Positions 11,398 through 21,972 of a stretch of DNA of 64,000 nucleotides are shown in pieces. A program made the translations under genes and the position numbers. The stretch comes from Callorhinchus milii (taxonomy: Eukaryota). Positions within the stretch are counted from its first letter, which is position 1, and each line of letters opens with the position of its first letter. The notes under the pieces were generated by a model. The model saw only the letters and a program-made list of their open reading frames with translations, made no database searches and was not told where the DNA came from. Location: assembly GCF_018977255.1 (NCBI RefSeq), contig NW_024704743.1:32738001-32802000 (forward strand), written 5' to 3'.

Positions 11398-11516
11398 GAA
11401 CAACAAATTTGCATCCAATTTCTGTTACCAAGCTGGATACCATCAGGAAATCTCGAAAGAAAGGGAAGAGGATTCTGTCAGATACAGGTCTCGGTTGTGT
11501 CGAAGAAGATTTTGAG
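11398..11516 (+). CDS. ADNP2: ADNP2 copy A, homolog of the ancestral first coding exon; start codon mutated ATG>TTG (11409-11411)
   Basis: Acceptor tttgcatag|, donor [45 protein letters not shown] aligns without gaps to copy [37 protein letters not shown] (24/36 identical), with the same 11-nt leader length. Confidence 0.85.
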
Positions 11517-11639
11517 GTAAAGTATACCTGAGAACAATGAAAGAAATATCAAATGCAAGGATTATTATTAAAGAAACAAAATAATATTTTTCATAGAACA
11601 AAACTGATTATGTAACATGATGATTTCCAGTTCTAGTGA

Positions 11640-12200
11640 CAACAAAGGTTATCTTGCAAGGAATCGAACAATTGCCATGAAACAATAGAGCTAAAAAATC
11701 TATTGTGTTTTACCAAAAATTTTAATACTAGTGAAGTGAGGATAAATCTGGTAACCTGCTCTTCTTGCACAGGCAGATTCAAGATAGGATAATTCCATTT
11801 CTCCATACAAAAGATTGCAGAAATTAACATTGAATTTGTAAGATTCTTTTCCTCTCAATATAAGTTGGAAATTGAGGGAATCCTTTAGGAATGACAACAT
11901 ATCTTTCCACTTCTCACAAAAGACAAGATGAACATGCTGAGCAACCCTGTAATGTCTGAAGTGTGGTCAAGGATTTATAATTGGGAACATTCCATGACTG
12001 GATGATTTACCACCCGAGTTCTATAAAAAACTTTTGCCCAAGCTGCTTCCCCCACCCAAATAAAAAGCGTTATCACCACAGATTGAGGGAAGACTCTATC
12101 TGATACAATCGATGGCTTTATAACGTAGTTAAGGATACTCCTTCCTGCCAAACATATAGATGCATTTCTTTGCTTAATGTTGACTATAACATACAGATGT
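11640..12200 (+). mobile_element. Decayed L1/Tx1-clade LINE ORF2 fragment in the copy A intron
   Basis: Remnant motifs EINIEFVRFFSSQY (~11820), DDLPPEFYKK (12001-12030; cf. DG.PPEFYK) and YRCISLLNVDYNI (12155-12193; cf. YRPISLLNVDYKI). Confidence 0.7.
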
Positions 12201-12386
12201 AATGCTGGTAATCCAAATAGAAGCAGATTTTGTCGATCAGATCAAACAATCAAATTTTAAGATTCAATAGGAGCGCAATTGCTCTGATACGGTACCATGT
12301 GTGAAGGACGCTATATAAATGCGAATTGTTGTTGTCTTCTGGGAATACATTTGAATAGTGGGTAATTCTATGTATATTTTTTGCAG

Positions 12387-15328
12387 GACTGCCAAACAAA
12401 GCCATATTGCTGCAGTCTGTGTAGTTTTTCTACAAAGTTTATATCTGCTTACAAGAGTCATATGCACTGTTCCCATGAAGACAAAATGGATGAGGAAATG
12501 GTGATTAACTGCCCTAATTGTTCGTTTGTTTCCAATTCTAAGAATATGAAGGAACACATCCAGATATTCCATTCGGAGCCTCGGAAAGCTCACGTTACTA
12601 ACGACATAAGTACAGATCAAGTGAGCCAGATGCAACCCAAGATCTTGCAAGGAAAAATGTTAACCCTGGTGCAAGCAGTTTATTTTTGCAGGGTTTGTCA
12701 TTACAAAGATGTGTCGGTGTATGCCTTAATGAAACATGTTTTTGTATTGCATTTTGGAATTTTATTAAACACTTACATTGGGGAGGTAGAACCAAAGCTT
12801 GTGTCAAAAAATAAGACTCCCTTGGTTAATAATGCAAAACCACTTATAAATAAGTATTTTTGTAAAGGATGCAAAATAAAAACAATCACTCATGAGGCTT
12901 TAATATATCACATTTTGGATAGACATAAAGAAGTGGAATATCAGGTAAAAGTTAAAATTGGACATATATCTGAACTGAGACCAACATCACAAACTGCTCC
13001 TAAGCCATTGTTGAATCAAGTTCCTGCATCAGCACCACCCTATCGCAGAGCACGGACAGCACTCTGTGTCAGATCATTGGCACATGCATCATCAGAAGCC
13101 AGGCAGCTGGCCCCAGCAGCACCCCATGTTGAATTGCCACAACAAGCACTACCCCATGTCGAACCACCAGAATTGGCACTGCTCTGTGTCGAACCACCAG
13201 AATCGGCTCTATCCCATCTCGAATCACCACAACTAGCAATGCCCCATGTCGAACAACCAGAATCGGCACCACTCCATGTCGAACAACCAGAATCAGCACT
13301 ACCCTACATCGAATCGCCTCAACCGGCGTGGTCCTGGATCGAACCGCTGGAATCAGCGCCGTCCTGTGTTGATCCACTAACACCACTTGCCGGGTCACCA
13401 TCGCCACCAAGTGTCGGACCACCAGTATCATTGCTGCCCAGTGTAGAATCACCAGTAAAGCCCAATGTCGAATTACCAGCTTTGCTATTACGCAATGTCA
13501 GACCACTGACACCACCGCGCCCCAGTGTAGTAACACTGGTACCATTGGCTCCACGTGTCAGATCACCATCATCACCTGGTGTCACAACACAGATTCTGGC
13601 ACCCCCCACGTCCAATCAATGCCAGCAACATCCACCATCAAATTGTCTCTACCAGCAACTGTGCAACAGGCCATTAATGTGGTGGCACTTAATCATAATA
13701 TTAAACCAGTAACTGTGGGATCTATCCTGACCAACGTCAACCACTTTCCTTCACAAAACAGCGCTACGATCAGAGCCAATGCTCCAGGAAATGTATCATC
13801 CGCTTCACAAGTGCTGAGACATTTAATCCAAAGGACTAACCATGTTGTAAATGGTGTACCAACTTATACTCGTTTAACTCCAGTTCAGTTTTCTTTGCCT
13901 ATTTCCTCAGCTGGTATGACAGGTGGAACGCCTGGTATGAATTCTACAGTACAGGTACCAATGACTGTCACTCAAACAAATGCAATTACTTCTGTGTCTG
14001 ATCAGCAAATAAAAGAACCCTCCCCTGAGATGACATTTGCATCTCCCCTAGTGCAGGAGCAGCAAAGGGAAGATTGCGTCACTCCACCCAAAACTCAGCA
14101 ATGGAAGAGTTGCTCAGAATGTAGTGAATTGGTTCCATTAAATCTGTTTGATAGCCATGTTGCAACAGTCCATAATGTTGAGCAAGTTTCTGACAAACCT
14201 GAAAAAGTTGTTGCTTCTGCTACTTACTTGCAAAGAGTGCGTGCTCAAATAGGCAAGTGCCTGTTGTGTAAAAGGTACGTGCATAAAAATGGTCTTCTCT
14301 CTCACTTACTAACACATGGTCTGAGTTGCCTGTTCTGTGCATTGACATTCCATGATCTTGCGCAATTGGCTGAACATGTGAAAAGTTTGCACCTTGGACT
14401 GAAATTTGAATCTGTTCATTATATTAAAGATGGAGTGCCAACATCCAGCCAAATCAATGGCGGCAGTTTTAACATGACAATTACTTTGCCAGAAGATAAA
14501 ATGGGTCCCAATGACATTCACTTGACACTTATTCCAAATAAGATGTCTTCTCCTCATGCCCCCTTACTAATTGAAATTTGTAGAGAAAAAAATGAAGCAA
14601 CTATTGTGAAAAACACTCCTACAGAAGAAAAGCCTGATATAAAATGTTTCTTTTGTTCAAAATTGATTTTAAAATTGAAATATGAAAAACACTTACATAA
14701 AAATCATCAAGTAGCACCCATGATTCACCCACTGCTGAAAATACCAGCCTTCAAGTGCATTCACTGCCTTGGTGTGTACACAGATAGCATAACAACTTCA
14801 ACACTATCTCTTCATCTGTTACAGTGTAGAGGCCTTAATAAACACAATATTTTGCCAAAAAGTGTTATTAAGTCAAAGCGTGAGGTTGCAGACAGCAACA
14901 AGAATTGCATGACTTCAGATAGAGGAAATGAAGATCTGGAGATGCCTCCTTGTAAACAACTAGAGGTGGATGCTGGGACTGCTAAATGTCAGCCAGCTCC
15001 TATAGCAGTTCAACCTAATTCACAGTCTTTGCCATTACCTGACCCATTAACAGTCTTAGCTTTGGTTCCCAAAGACTTTGAGAATTGTTCGTATGAAGAA
15101 AGAAAGTTATTCTTGCTTGACTACTTTCACAAGCAACCTTACCCTAGCAATGAAGAGGTTGAAACGTTATCTTCAATTTTATGGCTGTGGAAGGCTGATG
15201 TTGCTCGTATGTTCAGCAAAAAGCAACATCTGTGCTTGAGAGCTATAAAGAGACGCAAACCTTTGGTGCTTTTGGGGTTCAATATGTCTGAAATGAGAAA
15301 TGTAAAGCACAGTCTTAACACTGGGTGA
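12387..15328 (+). CDS. ADNP2: ADNP2 copy A large terminal exon: C2H2 zinc fingers, Pro-rich repeats, homeodomain, PxVxL. One -1 frameshift at the C6 run 13602-13607; 980 aa if one C is restored.
   Basis: Acceptor ttttttgcag| then DCQTKPYCCSLC. ORFs 12381-13712 and 13619-15328 align collinearly with copy B. Homeodomain SYEERKLFLLDYFHKQPYPSNEEVETLSSILWLWKADVA; PLVLL at 15260-15274. Confidence 0.88.
13122..13391 (+). repeat. Coding tandem repeat, ~9 x 30 bp (10 aa, consensus about PHVEQPESAL)
   Basis: Units PHVELPQQAL / PHVEPPELAL / LCVEPPESAL / SHLESPQLAM / PHVEQPESAP / LHVEQPESAL / PYIESPQPAW / SWIEPLESAP / SCVDPLTPLA. Confidence 0.85.
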
Positions 15329-15679
15329 GATTTGATATTAAAAACTAGTTTCAATAAGTTTATGTTGGGATCTATCAAGTACAGTAGAAGTGAAAAAAAC
15401 AGGAGGAAGAGTCCACTAGTAATATGCGTTGTAGCAAATTCAGGACTAATTCAAACTTTATTGGTAGATGGTCATTAAAGTGGAAGAAAAATGGGGCAAA
15501 ATAACTTTTTTGTTTTTAAAGAGATCTGTGCCTTTGTGTTGTAAATTTTGGTTAAAGTTTTGTGGTTAAAACAAGACAGGACTATTATACCAGAATGGAA
15601 GTGTTTAACTTGAATCCCATTTAACCCCCAAATTGTAGCATATTTGAAAACTGCCCTATTATCCAATTGTTTGGTATTT

Positions 15680-16292
15680 TCATTCGTACGGAAACTCAGT
15701 GTCTTGTTCAAATCTCAATTGTCATTTAAACCATATACAGTAACCTGGCCTTGACCTGTTCAGCTTTCCTTCGCGATGGCAGAGAACTTATTCATGTTTT
15801 TATCAACTCCGGGATGGACAATGCCAAATCTGCTTGGATCTTCTCAACTCTTCCCTCCACAAGCTGCAGACTATCAAAACTTCTGCTGTTCTGAGCCTAT
15901 CACCCCCATTCTCGTCCGATCTCTAAGGTTTAATCAAAAGATTGAGTTCAAGATCCTTGTTGTCACTTTTAAAGTTCTCCACAGTCTTGCCTCATCCTAC
16001 CTTTCTAAAACCTTACCAACCCACCCTTTCCCTCTGCTCTACAGGCACTGGCCTGCCCTGCCCATCCTGTTGGTGGTTGTGCTTTTTGCCACTACTCTCT
16101 GGAACTCTATCCCTAAATCCCTTCACCTTGCCCCTTCCCATCAAGGTCCTTCTTAAGACCTTGCTTTGATCATCTTCCCTCCCCCTTCTCCCTTGATCAC
16201 CACCCATCTTGTATCCAGCCCTCAGTTCTAGTGTAAACTCTCGATTCTCCAGCGCTTTGGGACATCCTTGCATATCTAAATGCAATCGTTAT
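15680..16292 (+). mobile_element. Decayed L2 fragment inserted in the copy A 3' UTR; absent from copy B
   Basis: IEFKILVVTFKVLHSLASSYLS translation. The flanks (ccaattgtttggtatttt | gaaa.atgtaa) are contiguous at 51548-51580 in copy B. Confidence 0.75.
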
Positions 16293-16859
16293 TTTACAGA
16301 AATATGTAATCTTTTGAGAAGAAAGCTGATAGTACAAAATACTTGAATAGGCACTTCAACAGTCAAGAGGTTGGTTTGGTGTGTTGGAGTAATTTGCATA
16401 TGTTTCTGAGTTCATGGTTCAAGCAAATGAAATGTTCGGTTATCTGTTGTGCTCTACATTTGTTACTAGGTTGAAGTAAAAGTGTTCCTTCACCCCTTTT
16501 CCCATCCCCCCAAAAAAAAATCATTGGTCTTTAAGTACAGGAAATTGACAAAGGTATCACAGATTGTTGCAACAAAATATTTTCAGTATCGGTTTCTTTC
16601 TCCCCCTCTACATCAGATTGTTAATAGTGTGAAAGCTCGATAACTTTTATGAGCCCGTTTGTCTCAATGTTCTTTTCTCTGGAGATATGTATCTGGTGTT
16701 CTTCAGCAAAATTTTGTATTTAACTTTTCTTAATTGTTAATTATCGGATTCCTCTCACTGAACAAAACTGGTAAGTCAGTGAAATTGAATTAGCTAAACG
16801 CTTTAGATTCCTCAATTTTTGAAGAAACTTTTTGAAGGAGACTTAGATATGAAATACAA

Positions 16860-17530
16860 TTTTTTTTAGGAATTTTATTATTTTAGTGAAAAGACATAGA
16901 AGAGAGAAAAAAGTTAATTACACATAAACACTAATGCATACTTTCAAAGAAGTAAACATATTTACAAATAAGTTTGGACACTAAAGTCCTTGAGGGCCTC
17001 CTTGGAGCTGAATTGGCTCCAAGATGACATATTTCGCAATGGAATGTCAGAATCAAGCCAACCCTTGGAGGCAGTCAAGGTAGTCCTGTTCCAGATGGGT
17101 CCACAGTTCTCGAAGGCATTGCTGATGACAGAACAGCCATCATTGGCTCATTGGCAGGACTTGGAAGGACAGACCAATCACTCTTCCCACTCCTGTAAAC
17201 CCTGCAAGCCAAAGCCCTAATGGATAGGGTGGTTCTAGCTTGCCAGGCAGTGCTCTCAATGGTAAGCTATGTGGTTAGACTCCAGTAGTACCCTAATGCA
17301 CTCTGGGGACCCCAAGCCTTGCCAACCTAATACTTTCCGGAATTAGGTAAGCAGGATGTGTCCTTCCATGGAGAGCGAGTGCTTTCCATTTCAACAAATA
17401 TCTCTGGAATCTCTACAAGTGGGATGGATGGAACTCTCAGTTTGGTTTGGATTCTCTTAAGCTTGATAATGGGTTTTCACATGTGTCTGACACTCAGCTG
17501 ACCATATGGATACTAAATGGGAAATGCAAA
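16860..17530 (-). mobile_element. Probable L1-like LINE 3' remnant; homologous to 25445-25710 on the opposite strand
   Basis: The reverse complement of 17270-17505 aligns by eye with 25445-25705 (gtcagctgagtgtcagacacatg..gcttaagagaatccaaa..catcctgcttacc). LKSIQIKL-like motif; A-rich end near 16860. Confidence 0.45.
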
Positions 17531-17759
17531 CCTGGAAAAACAGGTTGCACTTACACATTTAACTATTGTCTTCAAAATAAATTTAAAAAATTAAAAACAA
17601 TAAAAACATAAAAATGATCAACAAATATACTTATTGTCTTGATTTAATCATAATTCAACATGGAATAATTATTTTTCTTATTTACACTTGTTAACTGTTA
17701 CCACACAATCATTTTCTGTCTCCCTATGCTCTTCACCATCCAAGGATGTACACTCCATC

Positions 17760-18535
17760 TTACCTTAGCCAGTCCATAACCTTGGCATCTTGTTTGGTCC
17801 TCAACAACAATAATGATAACAAAATTACATAGCACCTTTCACGTCCTTTCTACCCAAAATCTGGACCATATCTTGTTCTACCATCCCCCACCTCTGCAAC
17901 ATTGCCCGGCTCCACCACTGTCTCACACCACAGACTGCCGAGACCCTCATTCATAACATCCAGATTTGACTGCAATTCCCTGCTTGTTGGCTTCCCCAAC
18001 TCCTTCCTCCATAGGCTGCAGATCATCCAGAACTCTGCATCCCATGTCCTCTCCCGGACCAGGCTCTGCGACCCTATCACCCCCATCCTCCCCCGATTCC
18101 ACTGGCTTCCCATCACACAGAGGATAGAGTTCAAGATCCTGGTCCTCACCTTCAAAGCCCTCAACGACCTTGCTCCCCCCTATTTCTGTGACCTTCTAAC
18201 CCCCTACCAACCTGCACACCACCTCCGTTTGGCAGGCTCCAGCCTGCTTCACATCCCTCCCCCCGCCCACTCCACCACTGGTGGATGGGCCTTCTTCCAC
18301 ACTTTCCCCACCCTCTGGAACTCCGTCCCGCAGTCCCTCCGCTTTGCCCCTCCCTTTCCTCCTTCAAGACACATCCCAAGACCCTCCTCTTCGACCGTGC
18401 CTTCGGTCACCCTACTCCCCCCGCTCTCCACCCTCCCCAATTCCGTCCCCCAGCTTGGGTCCAAAATACTGATTGTCCAGCACCTTGGGATGTCCTCCCA
18501 ACGTGAAAGCCGCTATACAAATGTAATTTTGTTGT
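17760..18535 (+). mobile_element. L2 LINE 3' fragment
   Basis: FITSRFDCNSLLVGFPNSFLHRLQIIQNSASHVLSRTRLCDPITPILPRFHWLPITQRIEFKIL; L2 tail. Confidence 0.88.
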
Positions 18536-19844
18536 TCAGTATGTACTAAGCTCCTGATAGGCCTACAATTTTCTTCATTCAATTTTCGCAGTTTGTGTTC
18601 TGTCCAGGATATGAAGGGGTGGGGGGAGGAGACGTGGGAGGGGAGGTTTCTAGCTGCTGCCTTTGGGATGAATTCTGATTTGCTATTGGATTGGGGTGAG
18701 TTTGGTGGAGGATGAGGGTTTTTTGAGGCATTTCTGTTTGTGGTGGAGGGGAGGGTCCCTGCCATTTCACGACCAGTGTTGTGCGGAGAAAAGGTAAAGT
18801 AATTCCCAATCTTTATGCCACTCCTTGACTGACGTTGGCCCAAATCTTCTTCCCATTTAATTCTGAGGGAGTTCATGTCATCTGCCTGATATACAGAACG
18901 GAATATGGGGCTTAAATTTGTTCAATGGTCAGAAAGTGCTCTATGAATGTCTATGGGAAACCTTGGACAGAATAGAGTGGACTTGAAGGTATTTAAAGGA
19001 GTCCCTCTAAAGGATCCCAAATTTGTTCATGAGTTATTGGAAGCATCTTTGCTGCTACGTTTTCCAAGTGTGTCAGTTCTCTTTGTCCTCCCACATCTGA
19101 AAAACCAGGTGACTTGCCTATTAAGATCACAGAAGCATCCATATATGAATCCCTGCAGGACGATATTGTGTAGTCTGTGCTGTTGAGGGTGGGGGGGGGG
19201 GGGGCAAAGTGATGGGGAAAATAAGTCTTAAGTTGAGCTGGATAATCATTGTTGCACAGCTCAAATTCTGTGAGGTTGTGGTGGGCAGTTTTGCAGGGAG
19301 AGCACAGTTGATGATAGTCCAGCCAACCTGGCTCATTGGCAAGACTTTGAGGGGACAGACCAGTCACCGATCAGGAGCAGGGATTCTTCACAACCACCTA
19401 GGCTGACCTTCCAAGGCATTGCTTCTTTGTTGGAGGTGCCTTCCTTTGGATGAGAGGTTAAACCGAGGTTGTGTTTGCCTGTTCAGGTGCATGTTAAAGA
19501 TCTGATGGCTATTTGAAAAGAGAAGGCAATTTCTCCTGGTGTCTGGTCAACAATCCCCCAGATAACATTGGTCATTCACTTCATCGTTGTTTGTGGGATA
19601 TTGCACAAAATGACTGCCACTTCCAACAGATACAGTCAACACATTACACAGAAAAATATCCTGTGAAGCACCTTGAGATACCTTGACAACAATAGAAATT
19701 TCCATTCGTATAATAATCCTTGCATTTAATATAGTGCCTTATCACGTCTTTGAGACGTCTCAAAGCGCTTCATGGAACATAATGTGAATTGACTATATTT
19801 TGTGGGCGAATTAGAGCTTTATCTGCCACCTTCTATCTAAAGGA

Positions 19845-19978
19845 TAGAGGGATTAAGGGATATGGGGATAGGGCAAGTAAATGGAATTAGGTTAGAAGAT
19901 CAACCATGATCTTATTAAATGGCGGGGCAGGCTCGAGGGGCTGAATGGCCTACTCCTGCTCCTACGTCTTATGGTCTT
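19845..19978 (+). mobile_element. CR1 LINE 3' tail fragment
   Basis: Matches the 3' end of the CR1 at 46810-46937 (gggattaagggatatgggg..gaatggcctactcctgctcct). Confidence 0.8.
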
Positions 19979-20079
19979 CAAAGATTTACTTATATGAATC
20001 CCCAGATCTGCCTGTTCCTTCACCCCCTTTAAGATTCTACCATCTATCTTATATTACCTCACCTCATTCTTCCTCCCAT

Positions 20080-20880
20080 GTCAGGAGGACATCCCACATT
20101 GTTTGATTGTCCTGGTTTGGCACCTGAGTTGGGGGTGGGAGCCGAGGGGGTGGGGGAGTTGAAAGATGACTGAAGGTTCAGTCAAAGAGACAAGTCTTGA
20201 GGCAGACCTTGAAAGAGGTGAGGGAGGGGCATGTCTGAGAGAGTCCGGGATGGAATTCCAGAGAGTAGGGGCAGAATGGCTGAAATCCCAACTGCCACTG
20301 GTTGGGCAAATAGGCCAGGGTACATGAAGCAGGCTAGTGCTTGCTGAGCGAAGGGAGTTGCATTTAAAAATCAAGCAATGCTTGGAGAGCCAAGGAGTTT
20401 GCCAGATTTAAACATTCTTCACAGGTGACATTATTAAAGTATAATATCTAACTGAAAAATTCATGTTGTGTTGTAATGTTAAAATATACCTATTCACATA
20501 TACACTCAGCAACTTGCATTTATATAGTCCCCTTCACACGGGTAGTGGCTTAGGCCGTTGAACAGTGGCTTAATTTGATGCCGGGAGGTGACAGTAAGCA
20601 TTATCAAAGAGGAAAATCTTCAGGTTCGATCTGAAGACAGACGAGGGATTCAGGCAGGAAATTCTAGATTTTGGGGGCGAAGTGGCTGAAAGCATGGCAT
20701 TGATAGTGGAGCGGAGAGGTTGAGGGTCCAATCCAGCTGAGCAAAGGGAGCGGGTAGAGCAGTGGAGTGTGAGTAGGTTGAAGATGTAGTGGTTCTAGGG
20801 TATGAAGTCATTTGTACGTTAGTGGAAGGATCTTGAAACAATACTGCAACAGGGAGCCAAGCATGGACTGGAGTTATGGG
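20080..20880 (-). mobile_element. Two decayed L2 fragments
   Basis: SLRSASTSLLHVP..FSHSAPTLWNSIP in the minus translation; reverse-complement L2 tail at ~20510. Confidence 0.65.
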
Positions 20881-20988
20881 GGTTCATGACTGAATTGATG
20901 TGGGTGTACAAACTTTCCAATGACAAGTGCCTATCCCTAATCAAACTTAGCAAACGTCTTTCGCTGAACTTGTGAACAGCAGGGTTTG

Positions 20989-21972
20989 TATGCGGATGAC
21001 ACCCAACTCTACCTTTCCTCCTCTACCCTCAACTCCACGACCACCGATGTCCTGACAGCCTGCCTGAGTCCTGGATGAGAGACAACTTTCTTCAGCTCAA
21101 CGTGTGCAAAACTGAGGCCCTCCTGATTGGCTCGCGTCAGCGCCTCCGCACCTCAGGCGCTGACAGCATCAGCATCCAAGGCTGCACTCTCCACCTCTCA
21201 AAGCCGGTCAGGAACCTCGGGGTTCTGCTTGACCCTGAGCTGTCCTTTCTTCCTCATATCCGCACCACAACTGGCACCGCCTTCCATCACCTCCGAAACA
21301 TCGCCAGACTACGGCACTACCTCACCCCTCACGCTGCTGAAACCCTGGTCCACGCCTTTATCACCTCAAGGCTGGACTATGGGAACTCTCTCCTCGCCGG
21401 CCTTCCCGCCACCTCTCTCCACAAGCTGCAGGTCATTCAGAACTCTGCAGCTCGTGTACTGTCCCGCACCAGGCTTCGGGACCACATCACTCCCACCCTC
21501 GCTCGCCTCCACTGGCTCCCCATCCCCCAGAGGATCGAATTCAAGATCCTCACCCTCACCTACAAGGCCATCCACGGCCTCGCTCCCTCCTACCTCTCCG
21601 ACCTACTATCCCCCTACCTACCTGCTCGTACCCTCCGTTCCTCTGGCTCGGGACTGCTCCACATCTCCCGCCCCAACCGCCCTACCATCGGTGGCCGGGC
21701 CTTCAGCCTCTCAGCCCCGAGGCTCTGGAACTCCATCCCCCAGTGCCTTCGCCGCCTCCTCCCTTTCCTCCTTCAAGGCCAGTCTCAAGACCTTTCTCTT
21801 TGACCGTACCTTCAGCTCCCCTCTCGACTCTCTATCCCCTCCTCGCTCCCTCCCTTCCCTCCCCTCACCCTGACCATTTCCCCCCTGCTCGGGTCCTGAC
21901 CCAACTGTCCAGCATCTTGGGACGTTCTCCCGACGTGAAAGGCGCTCTATAAATGGAATCTTGTTGTTGTTG
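20989..21972 (+). mobile_element. Young 5'-truncated L2 LINE (RT YADD motif to 3' tail)
   Basis: YADDTQLYLS at 20989; 242-aa ORF WMRDNFLQLNVCKTE..RLDYGNSLLAGLP..IGGRAFSLSAPRLWNS; tail ending (GTT)n. Confidence 0.93.

Noticed and set aside
13596..13640. Programmed -1 ribosomal frameshift
   Set aside because: No canonical X XXY YYZ slippery heptamer with A/U-rich YYY and no obvious downstream structure; an indel is more parsimonious
12381..15328. Two separate genes (443 aa and 569 aa) or a processed retrocopy
   Set aside because: The ORFs are collinear halves of one exon, and copy A retains introns, promoter and intronic homology, so it is a DNA-level duplication
21075..21803. 242-aa ORF and similar 100-250-aa ORFs (17902, 22780, 29965, 46403, 60172) as host genes
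   Set aside because: Fragments of L2/CR1 reverse transcriptase; none is a full-length autonomous element
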